A DNA stretch of 63,610 nt, counting the filler, from Collodictyon triciliatum (lineage: Eukaryota), in assembly GCA_043381765.1 (NCBI GenBank). It is 5 parts of 5 records of this genome, joined end to end, with 100 filler letters (N's around TTAATTAATTAA, not from the genome) between each part and the next. Parts side by side here need not be neighbours in the genome. Positions count along the whole stretch, not along the records: positions 17,161 to 32,880 come from JBHJMP010001494.1; positions 32,981 to 51,492 come from JBHJMP010001495.1; 3 more parts are not named here. One strand, given 5' to 3'. A program made the translations under genes and the position numbers. Shown in pieces: positions 20,276 to 39,115 of the stretch. Each line of letters opens with the position of its first letter. Positions within the stretch are counted from its first letter, which is position 1. Under the pieces are notes generated by a model. It did no database searches. It saw only the letters and a program-made list of their open reading frames with translations, and was not told the origin of the DNA.

Positions 20276-23200
20276 ATGAATTCCGCCACTCGACTTCTAC
20301 TTGTTGTGCTCCTGGTGTGCTCCTTGGCAAGCCAGAGTGCTTTCGCCGGGGAAATTCAGGTGAAGCCCTAATTATTCTGCCCAGCCTATGATCAGATTGT
20401 CGAGTTTATAGTTTCCTGTGTTCTTGACCCTCTTCTAAGCCTTCCTCTCTTAAATATCTTTATCTACTCGCGCATAAACTGTCACTTCGCTCCTCCGTCC
20501 TCTTATTTTTCAACATAATAATGCTAATAATAACACTAAACAACCGAGTAAAATAAATTCCTTGATCAATCGCACTCACAAATTCTTTCTCCCAGCTTCC
20601 TGATGGTAAGCCTTTATTTATTTCTTTTCTACTGTGCTATTTTCAAGACAACTCGAATAGTCTATGACTTTCATGAGTAAAATGTGTCATATTTAACTGT
20701 CCCTTTTAACCATAATATTGGCGATGTTTACCCGGGATCGGCGTTTTTTTTCTTTCTTTCTTGGTTGCTCGACCACTGGCACGTGAGTATGTCCTTCTTG
20801 TTAGTAGACTTCACACAAACCAGTTTTGAACTCTTTTTCTAGTGATAGCTAATCAGACTCTACGTTAGTACCCCGGCTTAGACGTCGTCAAAAACGTTGC
20901 AGACGCCAAAGAAACCTTAACAGGGTTCGTTCTTCTCCATCCTCATCATCGGGCATTGTGAGCGTGATGCAGCTCTTCATTATATATCGCTGTTATTATT
21001 CCATAATTTCGTTTCTATCCGGGCTGAATAATAAGCAGTTATTTATCTTTAGGATAGAAAGATACATTCACGAATTGGAGGAGAAAATCAAGGTGATTCT
21101 AGAATAACTATTAAAGTTTTTTTCTTTAACAAAAATAACCCTTCTCACACTTTCTCCTCATAAAAATTATTATGTATCCCTCACTGATAACTATTGTTCT
21201 TCCACTTTAGCAACTCCAATTTGATTTGGCTGTCAAGTCAGGTATCGGACAGTCGTCATACAAAACAATCTCGCAAATATATGGTTCGACTAAATTTAGA
21301 GAATAGAAAGAACGTATGCTGAATTCTTTTTCAATTTGAATGACGTTCAATGCAATAGTTCCTGTAACTGAAGTGCCACCAACACCTACCTCCTGCCCCA
21401 TCGTTTGTTTCTCACTCAAGAACCTGAAACAAGGATATAAGTTTCACAATTGTTGTACATTATTATCTAACCCTATGAACTTTGAATAGTCTTCTACCAA
21501 TTTGTTCAAGCTGGAGCAAAGGATCGCAATGATCGAGGCTGCATTGGCAAACTGTCAGGTGGACGAAACAGGGGCACCCCCAATCTGATATTGCCTTTTT
21601 TAAATATGTTTATTCACATTATTTTTTCCCTTTATTCGATTCAAAGTGTAGCGAGGGTATGTCAGTTTATTCACATTATTTAACACCTAACCCAATGCTA
21701 ACCTTACTTGGTTGTATGATTAGCTCGCTAAGTTTGATACAGAGCCTACCCAGAAACTCTTGAAAGATGAAGTTCTATTTGATAACTAATTACTCGCATA
21801 ACTCGATTTATTTTACATTTTTATTTTTTGTTCATATTTTCTGGTTATTCGATATAACACAAATTGAACCTAGATTCAAGAGCGCACCGACAGACTTGAC
21901 GAAATGGCCACATCGATGGTGGATCTTATCCGACGAAGGATTGAAAAGACATCTAATAGCGGGGTGTGTTTATTTTTTTGAAAAAATTGTAATACTATCT
22001 TCCACCGGCATATGGGACATCCTTAGACTCAATTATCTAGTTTCATTTCATCCACATTATTTTACCTGAAATTATGACACCCAAATTATACTATCATTTG
22101 ATATCGATGGATGCAAGACCATTAACGGGATTAAGTGATACTTTTTGTAAATCAGCAAAACATACTTCATTAGATTTCACGTAAGGATGCACCAACTGCA
22201 GCGTCCGTTTGGGAATCTAGTCGAGAATCTTTTGAGGACCAAGTTCACGATGCGATGAAGATATCAGCAGAAGGATATATGTAATCATCATTTTAATTAG
22301 CTAACCAAACAAGTAAATTTACAATAGCTAGCACAGAAGTAGTTTTCGAATTCACATAAACATTTTGACCGCATCAAAGATGTTTCAAGAGCATTTATTA
22401 TACCTCTAAAAATCAATTTTTCACAAGCGAACAAGCCAAATCTGAAATCCAGAGAATTACTGCCAAGAGCAAGTCAGATCTGAAAGAGAGATTCAATACC
22501 CGTGACCTTGATATTCAATCCGGCTACCAAGGCGTCGCAGCAGCAAGCAAGGAATCTGTTTCTGTAAGGCATTGCCATCAAAGTTTTCATCTGCAATGTC
22601 CCCCCTTCTTCACCTGCAATCTTACTCGTGACATTTGTATTCTTGCATTCTAATTTATTTTATGCATCGTTTTTTTTTTTTTTGTAATCGCAGAGTGCAT
22701 TCGAACGAACTCGTGATAAGCTTAAAAGCTTAATTGAGTTGAAGACCAAGTCCAGTGACGAAGAAATTGCAACCATAATCAACAATGTAAGTGTTTTATT
22801 CTATTTTCCAAACTCATTGCCGATTGGCATAGTATAGTTGAATATATGAAAATCTCGACTGTTGCTTTACGTTTTGCATTCTGTTGGTTATTGAAGAGAA
22901 ATCCACATTAGCAAAATTGGTCTGTGCATCTCCAAAGCTCTAAAGAACTTGAAGAAATCATCGTTGACCCCATCACAAAGAAAGATGGCATCATCTCTGG
23001 GGACATTTTTTCGACACTCAAAATGTTTGTCCAATTGACACCATCAGAATAATACCATGGATGCGTAATCAGGGCAGCCTGTGTGGCACATGTATTGTCT
23101 GCACCTCAACTCAGTCTCCTTGTTAATATTTTTTTCTGTCCCTTGACTAGTAAATTGGAAGACGCGAGGCAGATGAACCTCGAAAAAGCGGCATATGCCA

Positions 23201-24576
23201 ATGCTGCTGCTCAGCTCACAGCGGATCGGGTGGGCGACCTGAGATCCGAATTCGATGATAGCCTTCTGATAACTGAGAAGATGGTATGTTACATATACTT
23301 TTTGTGAGTGCTTTGTTTATTTTTCCTCGGGGTTCATAGTTTTTTTTTAGTGAATCTCACTTCATATTTTCACCACAAAACGCACACAAAAGTAACTCTT
23401 AATTCGTAAGAACAACTAAACCTCTAAATGTACATATCATTTATTTATTTTGAATACCTTTTTTTTTATTAATTTTATTTTGCACTGGTCATCTTTGGCT
23501 TTTTGCACGTTTTTTTTTAAAATATTAATTAAAAACAAAAAAAAAAAGCTTACTGCGGAGTTTGACGGGTTTATCCGGAGACTTATCACACGCAATATTC
23601 CTCGTCCAGTTGTTATTAGCGGTGCTGATAACGAAGAGGTTGTAATTTCTTGTCATATCATCTTCAGCCAATTGGAACATCTACTAAACACCCAAGTATT
23701 CTACTTAACAGGAACACTTCAAGGCCTTGACTAAATGCTTCGTACGGTCCCTTCATACGAACACTGATATATATCTACTAATCCTGTTCCATTGTTTTTT
23801 TTTTTAATATTACTGCACTTGATTTCTAGAAAAGGAAGGAAAGAAGATGCTTTATCTTTGACGCTGATAAAGCTGTCGCCCGAATTCCTTATGCAGTTTT
23901 CCCTTACTTATCTGGGTAAGTGTCTCCACTCATCCTTGCATGCATGTTTCCTTGCAGAATGCCGGGTGTATATGATATTTAACGAAGCAGTATTGGCTCT
24001 TAACGCTCTCGGTATCATTAAAGGATTAATACAATAAAAAAGCACGAGCGCTCGAGTTTCTGTAGGCAATATCCTGACACGGATTTTATTTCTTTAGGCT
24101 GCAGATCTCATTTGATAACGACAACAGTTGCAAGCCTGACATGGCCCCCGAACAAATATCTGTCTCTGTGAGTTGCACTCACATAGACATAGAGATAGCC
24201 ATAGACATAGACATAGACATAGACAGAGATAGAAATAGAAAAATATGAAACTTAATTCACTTCAATTACTCCTTCACTCATTCACCTATCGCACCAACAC
24301 AGCTGACATCGCCTATGAATAAAGTCTCTGTGCGGTCATTTGTCTACACGCAGAAGAGCGGAGCCCAGATATTCAAATTCCCGGTGAGTTTCCCCTAAGC
24401 AGCACACCTCCATGTGACCCGCCCGCACAGAGCACACCAGGCATTGACCACTAACCATTGTGTACTCCTCGCAGCACCCACACCTGGTAAGAGAGGTGGC
24501 TGTCTCCTTCGCCTCCAACCGCGGCAACGATTACTTTACATGCGTCCACGAAATCACTATGATCCGCCACGGCTAA
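20276..24576 (+). CDS. Divergent SUN (Sad1/UNC-84)-domain protein with N-terminal hydrophobic leader and long coiled coil, ~18 exons
   Basis: Spliced C-terminus reads RCFIFDADK...DMAPEQISVS...RSFVYTQKSGAQIFKFPHPHLVREVAVSFASNRGNDYFTCVHEITMIRHG*. This follows the SUN pattern CWAF/SAPKDF/FTY/QxF/SNWG-YTC/VHG. Linkage of the 5' exons is tentative. Confidence 0.65.
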
Positions 24577-24913
24577 CCCCTCCATCTTCTTGTGGCCCAC
24601 GCGCTTTCCTCTGCTAGTCCTCCTCCGAAGAATACACTCTAAGAAAGAAACCAAATATAAACGACACCAATAAAAACAAACAAAAGAAAAGAAAAGAAAA
24701 GAAAAGGAAGCAAGAAGAAAAATATAATAATACAAGAACAGACAAGAAAATAACGAAAACGCAAGGTGTCGGTTGGATGCATAACGCGACACAGAGAGTC
24801 CAGCGGCGTCGAGGCTGGGCCATATTCTTTATCTGTAGTCGTACACGGGCGGCACGCGGCCTGCGTGCTGAGTTTGCGCATGACCATTATGATTCAACAT
24901 GTGTGTAATCTGG

Positions 24914-26360
24914 TTACAAGTGCCCGGCCGGCTGCGAGGCTTGACTTTCGTTGTCTGCGACACCTTCGCCCACACGGGCCTGCGACTGGCGCCGCGCAAG
25001 GATGGTTTCAAAAGCTGAGGCAAAAAGATCCTGCGGAGTAGAGAAGGCTGCTAGGTTAGCGCTGAGTGCAGAGATGGGGGGAAAAGAGAGAAAGAAAAAT
25101 GGCGAGAAACCTTAAACACTTCGCCGTTGGCGTCATGACTTCGTATGCGAAGAAGAAGTCCGATGGTTTGCACGATTACCGAGTCTGGTGTAGGGTTGGT
25201 CAGCTCGCGTTGGATGCGTTGGGATGTTCCCTAATTATGTTATCATGTGTGATTGTGTGGTTGTGTGATTGTGTGATTACTCTATCAAGCGCATGAACCT
25301 CGTGTAGAAGGACCACATCCCTGAAATTGATTAAAGCATGCATAGCAATATCTGATTGGTCCACTTGGAATAGGGGCTCGATTCTCTGGTGGACGAAAAG
25401 GCCCTGCAGTTAAAATATGCTCAGGGGGGTACGAAGTGCAGAAAACATGGAGCGAAAGAAAGTCATAAATAAATCGATGTATACACCACTGCAAGTCACC
25501 TGGAGAAATGGGATAGTCGATGAATAGTATCTTTGCCAGTATTCCCGAAACTTTGAGACAAAATGAGTATCACCAAGTGCGGAGATATTATCCTATGATA
25601 AAGCTTCTTGATATTTTGAACTAAATGGAGGATGCAATAGCCATATTGATGGGGTCAATAAAGTAAAGAGTGGATACGCGATAGTGATATTGGTCTTTCA
25701 GATTTTTACATAGTACCGGGGCATGTTCGATTGAATAGGAGTCTATTTTGTACTTACACGAATGGGAGTAAGAGCCTCATTAAGAGTAGTACTAAGGCCA
25801 TATATAAGCGATGATACTGGCCTATAGATTGTCAATGACAAATATACAAAATACATGTCCATGAAAATATGACGACTTGGATAGTATGGTTGTAGTTTAG
25901 TTTCACAAATTGTTCATCTACGGGCCGCCTGCAATAACAATTTAACAGGGTTTTTTTTTTCTTACTTCGAGCGAGTAACCTCGTCTACCACGAAGACTAG
26001 AGAGTCGATGGGTTCCTCTGTTTGGCCTTTTGCTACCATCTGACGGATAGCATTGCTGATTCGGTCCCATTCTGTACCTGTGGTTTAGAAGAACATCTTC
26101 TCGATTAGCTATGTTTTAATTTTTCGTAAGAAGGACGCATTAGAAGAAAAAAATGAGAAAGACATGAAAACAAAATTAAATTTTGTAGATATTCTGGCAT
26201 GTGAGCGCTTAAAGTATGCTGGATACGAATATGTACATATTAATTTGTTCGAAAGTTCGATGTAAAGCATACCCTCAAGTTTATTTATCTCTTCAGATTG
26301 TGGTTTTGCCCTGGAGTTTGAACGAACTTTGAAGAGGTATGAAATGGCTGATCGGCTCAT
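24914..26360 (-). CDS. HbrB-domain protein (PRR5/Protor/Bit61-like TORC2 accessory subunit)
   Basis: Spliced segments EWDRISNAIRQMVAKG, KFREYWQRYYSSTIPFLQ|GLF and HALINFRDVVL resemble the HbrB motifs (W..I...V, W.FF....LP.LQA.F, AL..FRD). Start codon is uncertain. Confidence 0.7.
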
Positions 26361-26499
26361 AGACTCATTTCTGTGGGAGCGCGACTTCTTTTCGGACCTA
26401 TGGGAGACAAAAGTAGCAATAAGAGCGTACACTCCCGATACACCGCGCCTATTGATCCTAGTTGAACTCACACATACAATTTACACAGAATGGGAATAT

Positions 26500-26602
26500 A
26501 TGAATAAAGAAATGAATAAAGAAATGAATAAAGAAATGAATAAAGAAATGAATAAAGAAATGAATAAAGAAATGAATAAAGAAATGAATAAAGAAATGAA
26601 TA
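26500..26602. repeat. 12-bp minisatellite (ATGAATAAAGAA)x~8
   Basis: Direct reading. Confidence 0.95.
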
Positions 26603-27394
26603 AAATATTTAAACAGTACAACTTACATTCCTTTTGAAAAAAAAATAAATCGTTGTGGTTTACTGTCTTCGATGTCCTAGCCAAATCAAAGCTTCTGAGT
26701 TTTTTTTTTGTGCTACGCTGGCAGGCATACCCCGGCAAACCCCCCCCCCCCGAAAAATGGACCATTGCATAGTTAAAAGGAACAAAAATAACAAGAACAA
26801 AAGAACAAAAGAACAAAAGAACAAAAGAACAAAAGAACAAAAGAAAAGAAAAAAAAGAGAAGAAAAATGCTGACTGCAGACCAAGATGAGGAGGCTTGTT
26901 TGTGTGTATGTGAAAGGAAAGATTGAGTTGCAATAGGTCGACACACAAGAAGAGATTCTGTTGCTCCCCAGAAAGGAAAAGAGCAGGAGTTTGGTGGGAT
27001 CGAAAGTGCTGGTCAAGCGCTTTAGTTCCGGGACACGTCAGACGACAACGCTGATCCATTCGTTTGTTGATTTTGCAACATAATTCCCTTCCCGGTTCCG
27101 TTTGATGTCTGACGTTTCCGTGGATCACAACGACAAAATCGCGCTTGAGGTGTTGTGCTTGCAGAGCTGCTCATTCGAAGCAGAGACAATCACAAGCCTG
27201 GAGGGCAGAAAAGAGAAAAAAAGAGAAAAAAAGAGAAAAAAAGAGAAAAAAAGAGAAAAAGAGAAAAAGAGAAAAAGAGAAAAAGAGAAAAAGAGAAAAA
27301 GAGAAAAAGAGAAAAAGAGAAAAAGAGAAAAAGAGAAAAAAAAAGATACAAAATAGAAGGAAAGAAAGGAATACGGACAATCGGTGGCATAGAG

Positions 27395-27953
27395 GAGAGG
27401 GCAAGTCGGATGGGTCCACGAGCTTAATTTATTATTCGAGGGGGAGAGGAGGTTTGGCGAAGAAGAGGAAAAGAGTGGTCGAAGGCACAGAGTCCAACGC
27501 CTGGGCTCAGTGAGAGTCGTGGTTGGTGTCTGGGACTGGGGCTGTAAACGTCTGCTTCGGCTGGGAGGACAAAGCCTCCTGAGAGTCCGAGTCCTGCTTC
27601 TCGGCAATCAGAGACAGCAAACCTCCTTTCTGGGAGGGAGTCTTGCGGACAGAGATTTCGTTCTTTTTGCCGTCGAGTTCGGCAGCCTCGTCTGAAATGG
27701 CCCATGTGTTGCACTCCATGGTGAGAAGGTGAGGGATGTTTCCTTTCGGATGGTTGTAATACGCCTGAATCAGCGGATGGTCGGGTAGGTACAAGAAGTA
27801 CTGTGCAAATGTGCGTGTGCGTGTGTGTGAGTGAGTGAGGAAAGACGAATAAATACATCGTATTACACAGATGACAAAGAGTGGGTCATTTACCATAGAG
27901 GATGTATGCGACTTTTTTTCGAAGGCAAATCCGATGGCTCGGCGAATTGACAT
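27395..27953 (-). CDS. Hypothetical multi-exon protein, partial model
   Basis: MSIRRAIGFAFEKKSHTSSM splices in phase (GTAAAT...CAG) to YFLYLPDHPLIQAYYNHPKG...; no family recognised. Confidence 0.35.
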
Positions 27954-30900
27954 GATTGAAGGGAGTTTGGTGCTATTTCTTGTTTCTTCTTTTCTTTTCT
28001 ATCGGAGACCTGAAGATTTCACAGAGCTTATTTTGGTGTCTTAACTTTGTCCCATACAGAAGCATATAGAAGGATCGGAGAAGGGTGTTGCATATGCAAT
28101 GGTGTGTGTATGTGTGTGTGACTTAATGAAGTAGTACCTTTGTGGTTACTGAGACGCTTGCTCTTTTCTTGGGATCGGTGTCTTTGGCTCTTGTGTTTGT
28201 TTATGTACACAAATCTGAAATGAACGTAGCAGTATTTTAGAAGTCGTTAGTGTCACTATGGCTGTCAATGTCCTTCTATCAGCTCTGTATCAACTACTGA
28301 GCGGTCGAAAGTAGTATATGACCAGAAAACCCCCTCCAGAGTCTATGCAGACTTTGTCGCCATTAATTTATGTTTTTGCTCTTTCAGAAGAACGATTAAA
28401 TTCGTTATTCTTCCCTCTTTGCAAAGTCTTATGCCTTATTCCAAGGCGAAGAGAAAGCCGACTGTTGATATGTGAGTTTGTTAGGTGAGTGACAACAGAG
28501 CAGAGCCTTAAGGCCATTATATATCGGGATCGTCAGCATCTAGCCAGGTCCAAGTGTGTATTCTATTACAAATAGCTCCGAAGAAATGTGCTGGGAAATC
28601 ACGTCATCAAGGACAAAATAAAAGGGTGTCCCGACTGGTCTATAAGGAAGGAAGAAATAAAGAAAGAAAGGAAGGAAGGAAGAAAGAAAGAAATGCATTA
28701 TATATTTTTTAAAGATAAAAATAGATTCAGAAGAAAAGATACAGCCTTATTCCAGAGGACAAAGGACAACAATAGATCTTGCATAGAAGCTATTCTGGGC
28801 ACAGCTGAGAGCAGGCCTTGAAAGGCACAGAGCAGGCCACCCAAGATAAAGGCAACAACTTCAGAGTGCAGCAATAGGTATTGAACGATCCCATTTCTGA
28901 TCTGCTTGCTTTCGTGAGCAACAATAGCTTTGAACCACGACGGAAACCACGCTTAACCAGCGCTCTCTCTCTCTCTCCCTCTTTCTCTCTTTCTTTCTCT
29001 CTTTCTCTCTCTCTTTCTCTTTCTCCCTCTTCCAGGCTATTTTGAAGGGTTTGGAGGAGCAGTTCGAAAACAAAACAGTCACCTGTTCCTCTTTTAGTTT
29101 GTCCCCCATAAAGGCGTGACTTCCCCAACCCGCAACCAGACTCCCAGCCTCACCGAGACATTACTGGGTCGCTTCCTGATTTCCCTCCAGCGAGTTCTTT
29201 CTGCGCGGCCTTAGGGAGTGGGTGTTTGACAATATTAAGTGCGGCTTGAGGGCAGGAAGATTCCATGCATTTTTGCAGAAATGGAATCGCATGGTATTTC
29301 CACATGTGCAAACTCACGTTCGTCAATTAGGCTTGCAGGACAAATCAGGTCTTCACGGAACCAAAGGCCGCTTCGGGCACGCTTCGGCGCGTGTTCTCGT
29401 GCATGTTATTTCCAAATTTGGTGTTTCCTGGTTTGCCAATGAGGGCGCAGCTCAGGTCTCACAACAAACTGCTTATCATTATTATTATTATTACTATTAT
29501 TATTATTATTATTACTATTATTACTATTATTATTATTACTCAGCTTTCGTCGTTCAGAAGTTGAACGAATTCCGTTTGGTTTGCAATCTCTTCCTCCTGA
29601 CGTACTGGTAAAGGTTACTGGTCGATTTCTCCCTTTTGCTCCTTTTTGTTTCTTTTTTCTTTATCTTTTTACCTATCTCTTTGGCTATTTATACCTATCC
29701 TGAGCACTAAATATTTAATATATGTATGGATAAAAAAAATATTAATGAGGATATCTGAAAATCGAAACGGAAGGGGCTAAATTGTATGCTTCATACTCTG
29801 GCTGAGCATGTGTGATTCTCTGATACTCTAATTTGTCCATGCTGGGGCAATGGACTTGAAACTCTAAACACCCTCATCATCTATTGGGGTGATTCAGCAC
29901 ACACATATTTTCACACTGAACAGCGCATCAAACCTTCGATTTTCGCTGGCGTTGAAAGACGTGACACTTAATGGGAGAAAACGAAATAATTCTCTTCCTT
30001 CATTATCCAACCGATTGCAAAGTTAATCCACCTTGCACAGGCTTACTCACGTAGTCGGCCAAGCCCCTGTCCGTCAGTTTCTCTTTTTTTTCTTTATCGC
30101 TGTGGTTATAAAAATGGGGGTTTCCTGGCATTTCATGGATTTTTTTTTTTGGGGTTCTTTTTAATGCGGAACGCTTGGAAGAATTGTAAAAATTGAGTGA
30201 CTCCAGGGTAAGGACTCATTACCTATCCTCCTCCAGCATTAGTGTTTGAGGTCGGTTTCGACGAGCAAATCCTTGCAAACTGTGTAGGGATGGGAGCCGT
30301 AGGAAAAACGAGGTGATGCGAAAACATAAGGGAAAAGCGAGGAGGAGGAAATAGGCCAACGAGGGAGGGGGAAATTGACGCAATTGAAGGACGAGGCATA
30401 AGAAAGGAAAAAGAGGGGGGGGGGGGGGGGGGAAGAAAGAGGGAATAACAATAGATAGAAAGAAGATGAGGGGTCAGCAGCCATGTTTTGAGCGCAGCGA
30501 GTTGATGTGTTAGCAGATATTCATTCATCGCATCACGACTCGAGGTGTTTTCAAGTGCCTCACACCATCGGGGCATATTTACGCCGCTAAATTGCAGGAC
30601 ATGAACGATAAAAAAAAAAAAAAAAAAAAAAGTTGATCTGGTGAGCGAAAACAAGCGCAGGATAAAGTCGATAGACCATTTTCGAGGAGGATAGACCATT
30701 TTCGAAGAGGATAGACCTAAATATTGCAATTGGATGAGAAGGCCTTAGTGCAGTGTGAGGTTTTGTGATGACCACATACAGAGGGGAAGGGAGTCATGAT
30801 TGAATTTCCAGTGTCCAGAATGACAAAAAGGCATGAAGTAAGCAAAATTCAACAAAGAAAAAAAAAGTGTCCTTTGGGAATGGGGTGATTCGAAATGAAC

Positions 30901-30985
30901 CATACGTAGGCTCAACACAATGTATGCAGTGGATTGATCGGTTGTATAAATTACATATATTAACTCACTGAATATGTCCTCGTGT

Positions 30986-32645
30986 CTAAAGAGGAAGCTG
31001 CATGCCGGGTGAGACAACAGAGAGATAGCTTTGCAGATTTGCCAAGACTGCTGGTGATTGGCTAAGAGTGGCTGCGTACTATTGTGAATGATCGACTTGA
31101 GTTTATATTCCCTCCAGTGTACGTAAAAGACATATTTCTGATATGATAATAACGACAATAATCGCGATAATAAAAAAAAAAGTGTACCCGTCCAGTGTTG
31201 GTCTGTAGGTACGGAATAAGCCTCATAATAAGACAGTTTTTCCCATTAGGCACCTCAGGAAATGGGTCGTGTACACGATTGCTGGCGTAATGAAGACGTG
31301 AAAAAACATTTGAAAACTCTGTGACTTCGTCAGCGTCGAAGTAATCATCTTCAGGGTTGCTTGTATCTGTCTGAGGTTGTGTGGCTCCAACATTTTCAAG
31401 CATTTCAACCAGACCGGTGACAGCTTTGGTCCTTCAACAGATAATGTATGAGAGTAAATGATTAATCTTACTAACAAAGTGCACCACAATAAGTGGCTGA
31501 TATACTAGCAATGGTTCAAAATCAGAAACGACGCAAATTTCGTCATACACAGACAACCAGGAACACAATAAAGCGAAATCAAGGACGAAATCTAGTGGTC
31601 GCGAGTTAGATATGTGATTACCAGACTGGGGGTTCTCTGAATGCATCAACTTCAGTAATGACGCGACTGAATCCAATGCAGGCGATTTTTTGGTCAAGAG
31701 CTCGGTCCAATTTGTTGAAGTTCGAAATGATGATATTTTCGAAAATCATGTTGAATAGCCTAATTATATCAAAACAATGCTGTAGTTATGAAGTGCTTAT
31801 TTTTTTTTTTAAAAAAAAAAAAAAGGATTGGTAACTTCTTTGAGATAAGTAAGCATAACACAGTTTTCAAAAGATAGTCGAATATTCCAAAACTAGTGAG
31901 GTTTGATGACCAAATTTTGTATTTTTTTCTAGTAAAGAAATGGGAACTAAAAAATACAGTAAAAGTTCGTATAATAGCTTACCCGCTTTGAACAGTGTTA
32001 ACGTAGCTTACAAGAACTTGTCCTCCGGCTTTACCGGCAACTAGCCCCAGGAATCTGATAAGACCCTTTAAGTATTTATTTGTGCGGGCTGTCTGAAGTC
32101 TCTTCATCAGAATAACCAAAATAGTGCCCATGTGTGGATCGATAGAGGCCCTATGAAAAATAAGAAGATAATTTAATCATTTTTTTTTGGAAAAAAAAGT
32201 ATTAAATATAGGTTACTAATGAACAGTGAGATATTAGCGAAACATCGAGTAGTAATATGATGGAAATATACATTGAAACGTTCTCGTAAATTGCAGAGAG
32301 GAGGAGAAATCCTTCAGTGTCGGTGGCCTTGGAAGCAATGAGCTTTTGGAAAACACCCAATATATTTGTGAAATAGGGCGTGGATGCGAGTTGATCGCCA
32401 GCTTTACGAAAGAATTCCTATAAATTTTTGGAGGAAATGAGCGAATCTTAAAATTGTTTAAAGTTACGTATAGCATCTCAAACGACCTCGAAAAGGCGAG
32501 TTAGTCCAGGAACGTTTCCTTGTCGGCTCCATGCGTTAGGGTGGATCAGGTGTGGGAGGAGGTCCAGCAAGGATTGAGGAACCCCAGTCGGTCGAATTTC
32601 CAGCAATTGAGAAATAATTTGGTAGACGTAAGGGGTGAAGTCTAG
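30986..32645 (-). CDS. CSE1: Exportin-2/CAS, C-terminal part; 5' part lost at the contig end
   Basis: DFTPYVYQIISQLLE, WSRQGNVPGLTRL, ILGVFQKLIASKATDTEGF, FSRLHYA...HDPF, and terminal LANLQSYL. Confidence 0.9.
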
Positions 32646-32880
32646 TAGATATGAATTTTCATGATGAGTTTCCTTTACAGGTCTGACAAATCGAGTTGCA
32701 TTGGTACTCGCCAAGAACAATTCTCAGCTGAAATATCAAACTTGACAGAAGTGAATGAAGAGGGATAGCGAGGTATTTTCAACAGAAAAGAAAGAAAGAA
32801 AAAAAAGGAAGAAAAAAAAGGAAGAAAAAAAAGGAAGAAAAAAAAGGAAGAAAAAAGAAAAGAAAGAAGAAGAAAAAAAA

Positions 32881-32980
32881 NNNNNNNNNNNNNNNNNNNN
32901 NNNNNNNNNNNNNNNNNNNNNNNNTTAATTAATTAANNNNNNNNNNNNNNNNNNNNNNNNNNNNNNNNNNNNNNNNNNNN
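32881..32980. other. Artificial contig-joining linker
   Basis: TTAATTAATTAA at 32925-32936 within Ns. Confidence 0.97.
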
Positions 32981-33035
<55 letters not shown>

Positions 33036-33232
33036 TCCTTCCTTCCTTCCTTCCTTCCTTCCTTTAATTGCGCACAGACACACTCCCCATATGCATTCTC
33101 TTCCCATTCTGTGCGCAAAACCCCGTCCAAAATCTGAAATATCAATAGTGGATGAATGACATAATCCCTCCGAAAGGATTTGTGACATGATTCATTTTAT
33201 TTGCTTTCTTTTTTTTGGCCACGAAAATGTAG

Positions 33233-38773
<5,541 letters not shown>

Positions 38774-39115
38774 AATAAATAACACAACAAGAAATGCACA
38801 AAGGGACACGAACTGAGTGTATATATATATATATATATATATGTCTTTATCAACAAAATTTTCGTGATAAGGCTACTTTTGTATGTATTGATACGCGTCC
38901 TCCATTATATATAATCTGGTTCGCCTCCAATCGCATTTTGAGCAAGCACAAGAGTTAACCGTACACGCACCACCACACAGATGGAAAACACGCACTCGAT
39001 ATTAACAGAAGAGAGACAGAAGCATCCGAGTGGAATGTAGAAACCGAGGAGGAATCGTGCAGGCGCATTGCCTTTCCCCAAAGGCGCGGCGAATGTCACT
39101 GCGGCTACCATGTTC

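Noticed and set aside
20869-21588. Small BRICK1/CCDC53-like coiled-coil gene
   Set aside because: These exons splice in phase onward into the SUN gene, and the similarity is generic coiled coil.
26500-26602. CRISPR-like array in the 12-bp repeats (also 6977-7068 and the 20-bp duplication at ~30670-30718)
   Set aside because: These are head-to-tail tandem repeats without spacers.
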